A DNA stretch of 63,925 nt, the filler included, from Alphaproteobacteria bacterium (GTDB lineage Bacteria; Pseudomonadota; Alphaproteobacteria; Caedimonadales; UBA9215), in NCBI GenBank assembly GCA_024280495.1. It is 9 parts of 9 records of this genome, joined end to end, with 100 filler letters (N's around TTAATTAATTAA, not from the genome) between each part and the next. Parts side by side here need not be neighbours in the genome. Positions count along the whole stretch, not along the records: positions 4,118 to 14,247 come from JAJRPZ010000032.1; positions 14,348 to 31,001 come from JAJRPZ010000033.1; 7 more parts are not named here. One strand, 5' to 3'. The notes beneath the pieces were generated by a model. The model saw only the letters and a list, made by a program, of their open reading frames with translations, made no database searches and was not told the origin of the DNA. Positions 11,733 to 20,888 of the stretch are shown here, one piece after another; positions within the stretch are counted from its first letter, which is position 1, and each line of letters opens with the position of its first letter. Made by a program: the position numbers and the translations under genes.

Positions 11733-12101
11733 TTAATGGGGAATGAAAAATATATCTCGAGTGCTTGGAAATATCTGAATATAATAAATTAGGGGGAAGT
11801 TGGTCATGTCAAATTCCTTGTACAAGGCAGTACGCCTTTTGTTGTCCAAGAACATTAACGTGCATGAAATAAGTTTAATATCTTGTGATGCAAAATCGAA
11901 ATTCTTTGAAAAATCTCCCCAATTACCTTTCACTATTGGGGCAATGTTTTCATATTCTTCGTCATTTTCATGGAGGTATATAGTTGTTTTTAGAGTCATG
12001 TTTTCTTTGGGGTCATTATAGCTAACTCTTACTTGAAAACTGCCGTGGGCAAATGACGGTATGATTAAAAACCCTAAAAATATTGATAAAACAAATTTCA
12101 T
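11733..12101 (-). CDS. Orphan secreted protein (paralogue of next gene)
   Basis: Signal peptide ending AHG; aligns by eye to 12116..12499. Confidence 0.7.
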   Translation of the reverse strand: MKFVLSIFLGFLIIPSFAHGSFQVRVSYNDPKENMTLKTTIYLHENDEEYENIAPIVKGNWGDFSKNFDFASQDIKLISCTLMFLDNKRRTALYKEFDMTNFPLIYYIQIFPSTRDIFFIPH

Positions 12102-12115
12102 TTGAGATAGCGCCT

Positions 12116-12499
12116 CTATTTTAAAACAGGATAAAAAGTAATTTCTTGAGTAGTTGGGGTTATTATTAAGGATTCTAAAGATAAATCATCTTGAAAAAAA
12201 TATTCTTTGTATAAAATTTTTCGTTTTGTTCGATTGTTAAAAATAAGTGATATTGAAATATAGTTGATATCTTGTACAGTGACGCCCATCTCTATTTTGG
12301 ATGGACCCGTTAAGTTATTGTTTAAAAAAATGACGTTATTTTGCCAGGGGTCCAGGTCTTTATAACTGATGACCGTTTGTATAGTCACCTTTTCCCTTAT
12401 TTCATTAAAGTTGAAATCTATATTGAAAGCTTTTAAGTCAATAGAAAAAAAGCTTATTAACGTGAAAAATATGGATAGAAAAGATATTTTTTTTAGCAT
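12116..12499 (-). CDS. Orphan secreted protein
   Basis: Signal peptide ending LKA; shares QDI..IS..L.F....R..LYKE and I.P.T..I.F.P with its neighbour. Confidence 0.7.
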   Translation of the reverse strand: MLKKISFLSIFFTLISFFSIDLKAFNIDFNFNEIREKVTIQTVISYKDLDPWQNNVIFLNNNLTGPSKIEMGVTVQDINYISISLIFNNRTKRKILYKEYFFQDDLSLESLIITPTTQEITFYPVLK

Positions 12500-12627
12500 T
12501 GATTTTCTTTTTTTTACAGATCATCTTTTAAATTTATCTCAAAAAAAACAATAATACCAGAGGAAAATAAAGGCCTTATTGGTTACGAATCTCCTTCCAT
12601 AACCAATTTAATTCTATTCTTGCCATT

Positions 12628-13743
12628 CTAAAATGAGGCTGCATCCAGGTTAAATGAGAAATCAAATACTTTTTTAGATTTACGACAATTTTCTTTTTGG
12701 ATGAAATTCTCAAGGGTGTCAAATATTTGACAAGTAATGATTCTTGGTCCTAGATTTATTAAATTTTCAATTTTTTCCATGATAAAATTTTTGTCTAAAA
12801 CCCCTAATGATTCAAAAGAATTATTGTAGTATGGATCATCCATTATATAATTGCGGTCACTATCCCTTACCATAAAAGAAATAAAATGTGCCCAAGCTCT
12901 CTTATTTTTAGGGTTATGAAAAAGAGAATTTTGAATTAATTTTATCTTTTTTTTATGAATGCCTGATATTGAGAAAAAAATCGGCAGTTTAACTCTTTCA
13001 TTATTATAATAATCTATATAATTTGTGTACTCTGTATAATGTAGGCAGTATTCATCGAATTCATTTGTATTGTAATAATATTCTCCAAAATGGGAATATA
13101 CCCTTGATAGTTGAAGATAAATATTTGACAATGTTCTTGCGTATTTTTCATAACCAGGAAGGCTCTCATGTTTTTCACAAAATTTAACAAGCAAAAATTC
13201 ACTTAAATACTCTCCAAAGTCACTATTGTAGTTTGATGTGTCGTTGTGGTGCAAATGGGGAAATGCCTTTGAAATTCTTAATACGTTTCCCCAATGGATA
13301 ACGCCATTTTCAATGGCAATGTTGATTTTTGAAATGGCTTCTGAGAACAAAATCTTAGTATTAGTGTTCTCAAAAATTTGATTCAAGTCCTGTTGAAATA
13401 ATGGGTTCGATATTTTCCTAAAGTGTAATGCCTGAAAATCCTTTGAGTCCTTATTGATGATGGAAAATTCATAATCAAGAATGGATTTATAGATAAGAAA
13501 ATTATCAGCATTAAATTCCTCAATATGCTTTGCTGATATTGTTTTTTGCTGAATCTTCCCAATGGTCTCATTAACGACTCTTGAGCAACTGTAAGTTTGT
13601 GTTTCAACTGAGTGCTTATTTAACCTTTGATTTGATGTTTTATTGTGTTCCATTTTATGAAATATTGATGCATTTATTTGTGAAAATTGCATTGATATAA
13701 TGATAAAAAAAGCGCTTTTTGCGGTAATAATCATATGTTTCAT
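12628..13743 (-). CDS. Orphan AT-rich protein with possible signal peptide
   Basis: 371-aa ORF, weak hydrophobic N-terminus ending INA, no recognised motif. Confidence 0.65.
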   Translation of the reverse strand: MKHMIITAKSAFFIIISMQFSQINASIFHKMEHNKTSNQRLNKHSVETQTYSCSRVVNETIGKIQQKTISAKHIEEFNADNFLIYKSILDYEFSIINKDSKDFQALHFRKISNPLFQQDLNQIFENTNTKILFSEAISKINIAIENGVIHWGNVLRISKAFPHLHHNDTSNYNSDFGEYLSEFLLVKFCEKHESLPGYEKYARTLSNIYLQLSRVYSHFGEYYYNTNEFDEYCLHYTEYTNYIDYYNNERVKLPIFFSISGIHKKKIKLIQNSLFHNPKNKRAWAHFISFMVRDSDRNYIMDDPYYNNSFESLGVLDKNFIMEKIENLINLGPRIITCQIFDTLENFIQKENCRKSKKVFDFSFNLDAASF

Positions 13744-13817
13744 AGTATTTTCTCTTGGTATTTGAATATTTGGATTTTATATATCTGGCATAAGTTGATA
13801 TATACTGTCAAGTTTAA

Positions 13818-14247
13818 GGGCACCTCGAATAACAGCTATTTTTTTACGCCCTTCAGATTTTCCCGCCCTATTTCTCTAGAATAGTTGTTTTTCAGGCAGC
13901 CCTTTCGTCCGTTTCAAGCTTTTTAAGGCCTAAAACGGTGATTTTGGACGCAGCTATCCTGTTAGCAAGCAGAAAGTTTTGCAACCTTAGACTCGAGGAA
14001 GATAAACCTTCTCAAATTATAAGTTAGGTTTCGAAGTCCAATCCAGGCTTTGTTTCGCGCTAGGCCAATGGATCTTGAAATAGTAGGCCCCATCTGACTT
14101 TGGGCTCCAAAAATATGTTCGACACGAGCTCTTGTTTTTGAACGCTTATGATTTACTTTTTCTTTGAATTTGCTCAACTTTTTTCCACGGCTGCCTTTGT
14201 GATGGATTTGTGAACGGATCATTTTTTCTGCCAAAATACCTTCAATC
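13818..14247 (-). mobile_element. IS5-family element, right end with transposase C-terminus (13962..14247)
   Basis: RARVEHIFG...IGLARN...LTYNLRR; terminus GGGCACCTCGAATAAC preceded by a TTAA target at 13814-13817. Confidence 0.9.
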
Positions 14248-14347
14248 NNNNNNNNNNNNNNNNNNNNNNNNNNNNNNNNNNNNNNNNNNNNTTAATTAAT
14301 TAANNNNNNNNNNNNNNNNNNNNNNNNNNNNNNNNNNNNNNNNNNNN
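14248..14347. other. Artificial contig linker
   Basis: N run containing TTAATTAATTAA. Confidence 0.98.
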
Positions 14348-14512
14348 AGTTTTTATTTCTGTTGCTGTCCAGATATTTACAGTGGAGGGTAATAAGGGTT
14401 CTACTATATCAGCAAAACTCGCAGGTTTAGTGTCCCCAAGTACAAAAGCCTGCGCGTCATTAAAAACACATAAAGCAAACATCAAAGAAAGAGTGCGGAT
14501 TATTTTTTTCAT
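14348..14512 (-). CDS. DegP/Do-family serine protease, N-terminus only
   Basis: Signal peptide then PASFADIVEPLLPSTVNI; lies downstream of hflC as is usual in alphaproteobacteria. Confidence 0.8.
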
Positions 14513-14549
14513 TTTATTTTATTTATCCTTATGGTTTCCAGAAAATAAA

Positions 14550-15422
14550 TTACCTATTAAGCGCATTAAAATGCTTCAGGAATTTACTATTTTCTGGACT
14601 TATGACAAGGGTTGTATCTTTGGCTTTAAATGATCGTTTATAAGCCAAAAGAGACCTGTAAATTTCATAAAACTTTGCATCCATGTTATAAGCATCGGCA
14701 TAGGTTTTAGTTGCAATAGCCTCTCCCTCACCTTGGAGAATATTAGCTTTTCTAGTTGCTTTGGCCAAAATAATTGTCCGATCTTTTTCGGCTTGAGCCC
14801 TGATAAATTGAGCTTGCTCATCACCCTCGGCGCGGAATTGTTTGGCCTCTTGAACACGTTCACTTTCCATACGATCAAAAATAGCCTTGCTGTTTTCTCG
14901 GGGAAGATCTGCTCGAATAATACGAACGTCTTTCACTTCAATACCGAATTTCACAGCAGCATCATGAACATTTTTATGAATTTCATTCATGATATCTGTT
15001 CGTTTTGGCGACAACATATCTGCCAAAGGAAAACGAGCAATAACCTCTTGCATTTTATCCAAAACAATTCCAGATAAGCGGTTTTCAACCCCCCTTACAT
15101 TTTTACCAATCGTTTTATAAAAGGTCAAAACATTGGTGATACGATAGCGAACAAAAAGGTCTACAACTAGGCGTTTTTGATCTGCCGCGTTAACTTCCAG
15201 GGCAGGCAAATTAAAATGCAACAAACGGTTATCAAAGAAAAGAACCTCCTGAACAAAGGGTACTTTAAGTTTTAAACCAGGTTCTTTCACTTGTTTTACG
15301 ACTTTACCAAATTGTAATACCAGTGCGCGTTCCGTTTGCATCACCGTATAAAGGGTACCGCTGAGAACCATCAAGATACCAAAAGCAACAATGGCAAAAA
15401 AAGGTAGGGCTATTTTTTTCAT
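14550..15422 (-). CDS. hflC: FtsH protease modulator HflC
   Basis: SPFH domain, DQKRLVVD, RMESER..EAKQFRAEG; likely start MKKIALP at 15422. Confidence 0.93.
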   Translation of the reverse strand: MKKIALPFFAIVAFGILMVLSGTLYTVMQTERALVLQFGKVVKQVKEPGLKLKVPFVQEVLFFDNRLLHFNLPALEVNAADQKRLVVDLFVRYRITNVLTFYKTIGKNVRGVENRLSGIVLDKMQEVIARFPLADMLSPKRTDIMNEIHKNVHDAAVKFGIEVKDVRIIRADLPRENSKAIFDRMESERVQEAKQFRAEGDEQAQFIRAQAEKDRTIILAKATRKANILQGEGEAIATKTYADAYNMDAKFYEIYRSLLAYKRSFKAKDTTLVISPENSKFLKHFNALNR

Positions 15423-15423
15423 A

Positions 15424-16577
15424 CTATTTTGCTCCTGCTGTTTTAGAATTTGTTCTTTTTGCGACACCAATACGATCAATGGGGAGATAAGGCAACACTC
15501 CTTGCGTGCCATTACCACCAGAAATAATGATTTTTGGCAGATCCGCCAAAACTTCCTCGGCATTTTCAATGAGTAAACGCTTCATGGTCACATCAGGCGC
15601 CGCTTGATAAGCTTTTAGGACCAAAAGGAAACGCTCTGCCTCACCTGTGGCAAGCTCAATTCTGGCTTGTTTTGTGGCTTCCGCATTTTCCGTTAACTGA
15701 CGTCCTTGACCTCTAGCCACTGGAATAATGGAATTTTGATAAGCTTTAGCTTCGTTTATTTTACTCTCAAGGTCAGCTCTTGCCCGTTGCACATCTCTAA
15801 ATGCATCAATAACCGTATCTGGTGGATTAACTTCTTCAAGGTTTATTTGTGCCACTTCGATACCAATTTGATACTCATTAAGAAGGCGTTGCAATAGCTT
15901 TTTAGAGGCGACAATAATTTCTGCTTTTTCCGTTGTTAACGCACCCGCTAAAGACGTTTGTGCAATCACTTCACGAAAGGCACTTTCTGCTGCAACTTTA
16001 ACGGTGTCCATGGGACGAGGATCATTAAAGAGGAAATTAGAAATATCTTTAACAAACCATTGAACTGTGAATCGAACTTTCACAAGATTCTCATCTCCCG
16101 TGAGCATTAAATCCTGAACATTGGACCCACGAAGGGCAAAGGCGCGTTCAGATTGAGTTCCTGGTGTCGTGCCACTTCGCACGATATTAATGGTAGATAC
16201 CGGAACAACAAGGGCTTTTTCAATGGGCGAAGGTAAATGATAACGAAGACCAGGATCCGTTGTACGATTTACTTTGCCAAAACGAAGAATGACAGCCTTT
16301 TCATTTTCTTTCACACGGTAAAACCAGTGGCGGCCCAAAGGGCAATACCAATCAAAAAAACAAAGGAAAGAAAGGTTCCATTTAACTTTGGGCCTTGCCC
16401 ATTACCTGAACCACCACCCATCATACGACGAATATTATCTTGGCCCTGTTTGATAATGTCATCAATATCAGGGGCATTTCGAGATTTTCTCTCTCCATTG
16501 CCTTGAGGGGAATTAGGTTTGTTGCGCCCCCAAGGATCTTTTGGGCCATTGCCATCACCGCCATCATTCCATGCCAT
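15424..16577 (-). CDS. hflK: FtsH protease modulator HflK, split by a 1-nt frameshift near 16320
   Basis: MAWN..DPWG N-terminus in ORF 16311..16577; MLTGDEN and VIDAFRDVQRA in 15424..16338. One extra T in GGTTTTACC restores TGFYRVKE. Confidence 0.9.
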
Positions 16578-16676
16578 AAACTATTCCTCGCCTTTTGTAA
16601 TCTTATGTTTATAATAATATTCTATAGACTAACGTTGAATGCCTTTATTGGCTAGGGGGTAAATACCCTTAAATTT

Positions 16677-17828
16677 TTGAGGCGCAATATGCTAAAAAAA
16701 GATTTTTTTAAATTTATGCTGCCAACAAAATCGAAACTTCACCCTCAAAACATCCTAGATGTATTAGACTCCCTTTTGGATCCAAAAACCCAAAAATATT
16801 TGATCAAAACCGATCGTATTTCCGATATTATCATTGAAGATCGCCGCATTAATATCACCCTCAACGTGCACCATGATGAACTTGAAATCTATGAAAAAAT
16901 TCAAATGGATGTGGAACGCCTCATTAAGACCCTCCCAGAGGTTAAAAGTTCAAAGATGAAAGTTTTCGTTATCATGACGACCCATAAAAAAACTTTGGAC
17001 CCCCCCCCTGAAAAGCCTCTTTCCAAAGGGCAGTTCGATTTGTCAGAAATTAAGAATATTATAGCTGTAGCCTCTGGTAAAGGTGGTGTTGGCAAGTCCA
17101 CGACAACTGTCAATCTGGCCTATGCCCTCAAAGACAAAGGGCTTCGCGTTGGAATTTTAGATGCTGATATTTATGGCCCCTCTATTCCTAAAATGTTTAA
17201 CATTTCCGCGCGACCTGAAAGCGATGAAAACAATCATATGATTCCCATCATCAAAAATGATATTCAACTTATCTCCATGGGTTTTTTAATAGGGGAAAAC
17301 ACACCCGTTATTTGGCGAGGGCCCATGGTCCAAAAAGCCATAACCCAATTTCTCTCTCAAGTCCGTTGGTATAACCTTGACGTACTTCTCATTGATATGC
17401 CGCCAGGCACAGGTGATATCCATTTAACCCTTGTGAAAAAAGCCCATATTAAAGGTGCAGTGATTGTATCAACCCCCCAAGATATTGCTCTTATTGATGC
17501 AAAAAAAGCCATCGCTATGTTTAAAAAAGTCCATACTCCCATTTTAGGGCTCGTGGAGAATATGTCTTATTTTACTTGCCCACATTGTAAAGGACGTAGT
17601 GAGATTTTTTCCCATGGTGGCGCCCATGACACAGCTGATAGCTTAAAAATACCCTTCTTGGCAGAAGTGCCCTTAAGATTAGAAATTCGCCAGCAAACAG
17701 ATTCAGGACAACAAGAAAAGCTGGTCCGTGACATTGATATTGGTTACCCTTATCGCCAAGCCGCCAAGAGTTTAATGTTAAATATGTCACTACGGAACAA
17801 TATTCCTCCCAATGCAGAGTCATCATAA
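16677..17828 (+). CDS. apbC: Mrp/ApbC Fe-S cluster carrier ATPase
   Basis: SGKGGVGKST, DADIYGPS, DMPPGTGD, ENMS..CPHC. Confidence 0.95.
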   Translation: MRRNMLKKDFFKFMLPTKSKLHPQNILDVLDSLLDPKTQKYLIKTDRISDIIIEDRRINITLNVHHDELEIYEKIQMDVERLIKTLPEVKSSKMKVFVIMTTHKKTLDPPPEKPLSKGQFDLSEIKNIIAVASGKGGVGKSTTTVNLAYALKDKGLRVGILDADIYGPSIPKMFNISARPESDENNHMIPIIKNDIQLISMGFLIGENTPVIWRGPMVQKAITQFLSQVRWYNLDVLLIDMPPGTGDIHLTLVKKAHIKGAVIVSTPQDIALIDAKKAIAMFKKVHTPILGLVENMSYFTCPHCKGRSEIFSHGGAHDTADSLKIPFLAEVPLRLEIRQQTDSGQQEKLVRDIDIGYPYRQAAKSLMLNMSLRNNIPPNAESS

Positions 17829-17940
17829 AACATATATTTATATAACTAAAATAGAAGTAATTTCTTGACTAACTCGAAAGAGGTTTTTTTTATAGATTTA
17901 TTCTGTACACTGAATTTATGAGAAACAACGCGGATTCAAA

Positions 17941-18870
17941 ATGACAATAGTTATGAAAAAAGACATACAGGTTGAAAAAAAAATTGATCTTATTGGTTAT
18001 GCATCTGGCTGGGGGGCACAAATTCGAGGAACGGAAAAAGCTCCACACGTTTTAAGTGACATATCTATCGAACATACTTTGCAGAAAAAAGGTTTTAAAA
18101 TTTCATGGTGTGATCTTTTAGAGCCGTCTCATTACTCAGATCAAAAAGAGATCGCACCTGGTTTAGATACATTGCCAGTTCTATTGCCCCATTTGACAGA
18201 CCTTGCTCATCAAGTCGAAGAGAGCTTACATAATGGGAACTTCCCTTGTGTTCTTGGTGGAGATCATGCCATGGCCATGGGCACTTTTTCTGGTGCCAAA
18301 AATTTTGTTGGAGAGGGAAATGAGTTTGGTCTTATCTGGGTGGATGCTCATATGGATGCCCATACACCAGAAACGTCCCCTTCTAATGCCTTTCATGGAA
18401 TGCCAGTTGCGACATTACTGGGGCACGGTCATCCAGATTTAATATCTATTTTAAATGAGCACCCAACAATAAAACCTGAAAATATTGTTCTCATTGGCAT
18501 TCGTAGTTATGAACCTGGAGAATATGAGCTTCTAACAAAATTAGGTGTTAAAATTTATTACATTCAGGAAGTTTTTGACCGAGGATTTGACGCGGTCATT
18601 AAAGAGACTTTGGAGTTGGTCACGAAAAATACAAAAGCCTTTGGTTTGACAATCGACTTGGATGCTTTTGATCCAGAATTTGCACCTGGTGTTGGGTCTC
18701 CTGAATTAAAAGGCCTTAACCCAAAAAAAATGCTCCCTTATTTGAAAAATATTCAACAACATCCTGAGTTTTCTATTCTTGAAATTACAGAATTTAATCC
18801 TGAACTAGATGAGGATAAAAAAACAGAAACTCTCATTCAAAATTTGATGGAAGCCCTTTTACCACTTTAA
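17941..18870 (+). CDS. rocF: Arginase
   Basis: GGDH, DAHMD, S.AFHGMP, DLDAFDP, EFNP. Confidence 0.92.
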   Translation: MTIVMKKDIQVEKKIDLIGYASGWGAQIRGTEKAPHVLSDISIEHTLQKKGFKISWCDLLEPSHYSDQKEIAPGLDTLPVLLPHLTDLAHQVEESLHNGNFPCVLGGDHAMAMGTFSGAKNFVGEGNEFGLIWVDAHMDAHTPETSPSNAFHGMPVATLLGHGHPDLISILNEHPTIKPENIVLIGIRSYEPGEYELLTKLGVKIYYIQEVFDRGFDAVIKETLELVTKNTKAFGLTIDLDAFDPEFAPGVGSPELKGLNPKKMLPYLKNIQQHPEFSILEITEFNPELDEDKKTETLIQNLMEALLPL

Positions 18871-18937
18871 GTACCATTCCTCAAAGGTTCTAGTCTAGGA
18901 GCGGGGACCAACGCTTATAAAACGAAAAGGATAAAAA

Positions 18938-20170
18938 ATGACTGATACTAATTATATCGAAAGAGAAAATGCTGTTTGCGCACCGACTTACAAACCTATC
19001 CCCGTTGTTTTGGAGCGTGGTGAAGGTATCTTTTTATATGATCAAAATGGTCGTCAATATTTGGATATGATGTCTGCTTACTCGGCTGTGAGCCATGGTC
19101 ATTGTCACCCCGAGTTAGTTGAAACAATGTGCAAACAAGCCGCAACATTAACAATTGTCTCCCGTGCCTTTCATTCAAAACCTTTAGTGCCTTTTTTGGA
19201 AAAACTTTGCCAGATTTCAGGATTTGACATGGCATTGCCCATGAATACGGGGGCTGAGGCCGTTGAAACAGCAATCAAGTGTGCCAGACGTTGGGGATAT
19301 CAAGTGAAAAAAATCCCTCGTAACAAAGCAGAAATCATTGTGGCCAATGATAATTTTCATGGACGAACTTCGACAATTATTGGGTTTTCATCGGAGCCTG
19401 ACTACAAAAGAGATTTCGGCCCTTTTTCCGATGGATTTAGAGAAGTTCCCTTTGGAGATGCCGATGCTTTTGAAAAATCTATCACACCAAATAGCTGTGC
19501 GTTTTTGGTGGAACCTATGCAGGGTGAAGCTGGTATAATACTTCCCCCTAAGGGCTGGCTTAAAAAAATACGTGCTCTTTGTGACAAACATAATGTTCTT
19601 TTGATTTTGGATGAAATTCAAACAGGTCTTGGACGTACGGGCAAAATGTTTGCTTTTGAGCACGACGGCATTCGCCCCGATGCATTGATTCTGGGAAAGG
19701 CCCTGGGTGGTGGTATGTACCCAGTATCTGCTTTTTTATCTTCAAAAGAAGTTTTAGAGCTTATGGGACCTGGATCTCATGGATCGACTTTTGGTGGCAA
19801 CCCTATGGGCGCTGCCCTTGGATTGAAAGCTCTTGAAATTATGGAGCGCGACAATTATGTTCAAAATTCAGCGAATATGGGGGCGTACCTTAAAGGAGAA
19901 TTGTTGAAATTGAATAGTTCTCTCATTACCGATGTTCGAGGATCTGGGCTGTGGATTGGCGTTGAATTTAACCCTTCAAAAGTAACCGCTAGGGCGATTT
20001 GTGAAAGTCTTATGGATAAAGGAGTTCTCTCAAAAGAGACTCATGATACCGTTGTTCGTCTAGCCCCACCATTGATTATCACAAAAAAACAGATTGATCA
20101 TATGTTGGATATATTCAAGAAAGTCCTTGAAATTTATGACCCAATGATTTTGTCGAAAAGTGCTTTGTGA
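18938..20170 (+). CDS. rocD: Ornithine--oxo-acid aminotransferase
   Basis: SAYSAVSHGHCHP, PMNTGAEAVETA, DEIQTGLGRTG, HGSTFGGNP. Confidence 0.95.
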   Translation: MTDTNYIERENAVCAPTYKPIPVVLERGEGIFLYDQNGRQYLDMMSAYSAVSHGHCHPELVETMCKQAATLTIVSRAFHSKPLVPFLEKLCQISGFDMALPMNTGAEAVETAIKCARRWGYQVKKIPRNKAEIIVANDNFHGRTSTIIGFSSEPDYKRDFGPFSDGFREVPFGDADAFEKSITPNSCAFLVEPMQGEAGIILPPKGWLKKIRALCDKHNVLLILDEIQTGLGRTGKMFAFEHDGIRPDALILGKALGGGMYPVSAFLSSKEVLELMGPGSHGSTFGGNPMGAALGLKALEIMERDNYVQNSANMGAYLKGELLKLNSSLITDVRGSGLWIGVEFNPSKVTARAICESLMDKGVLSKETHDTVVRLAPPLIITKKQIDHMLDIFKKVLEIYDPMILSKSAL

Positions 20171-20386
20171 TTGGTTTTACTTTGACCTTTTTATTTTCAC
20201 ACCCATTGAAATTGTAGCCGTACCAACAGTTTTTTTAAGAAAGCCTCTGGTGCACTTGAATAAAGCTGCTATTATTCAGGTGTCATATTTTTATATAGGA
20301 TGCATGACAACACCCTTTTAAAGGGAAAAGTAAATAAAAAATGTTTTTTTAGAAATTATAATTTTATTCAACTAGGGAGAATAAAA

Positions 20387-20659
20387 ATGACTAAAGCAGA
20401 TCTAATTACAGCAATTTCAACAGATACTGGTCTTTCAAAAAAAGATTCTGAATCAGCACTTTCTTCTGTTCTTTCCGCGATTACTGACTCACTTAAGAGT
20501 GGAGATGAAGTCCGCCTCGTTGGTTTTGGAACCTTTAAAGTTTCTGATCGCGCTGCACGTGCTGGTCGTAACCCACGCACAGGTGAAACTATTCAGATCA
20601 AAGCATCTAAAGTGCCTACATTCAAAGCTGGTAAAGAACTAAAAGAAGCAGTTAACTAA
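20387..20659 (+). CDS. hup: DNA-binding protein HU
   Basis: GFGTF...GRNPRTGETI; GGAGA RBS before ATG 20387. Confidence 0.96.
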   Translation: MTKADLITAISTDTGLSKKDSESALSSVLSAITDSLKSGDEVRLVGFGTFKVSDRAARAGRNPRTGETIQIKASKVPTFKAGKELKEAVN

Positions 20660-20724
20660 AATTCTAACTTTTTAAATTCTGTAATAAAAAAATGGAGACT
20701 TGGCTATTCTCCTTATCTATGACT

Positions 20725-20762
20725 ACTCATTGCAATTTTTCTTCGTAAAAAATGCAATGAGT
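20725..20762. terminator. Hairpin after hup (terminator or operator)
   Basis: ACTCATTGCA...TGCAATGAGT inverted repeat. Confidence 0.45.
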
Positions 20763-20888
20763 TAATAATCATTTTTTTTCATACTCACTTTTTGTACAGA
20801 GTTCACAAAAATACAAAAGTGCCCCTTTCATTTTGATAATAACTCTTTTATGATTAATCAGCATTCAATATCAACGTGATTCCCTATT

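Noticed and set aside
20300..20386. N-terminal extensions on HU (also hflC, sfsA, DUF3576, holA, sdhE)
   Set aside because: Longest-ORF artefacts; downstream ATGs match the family starts.
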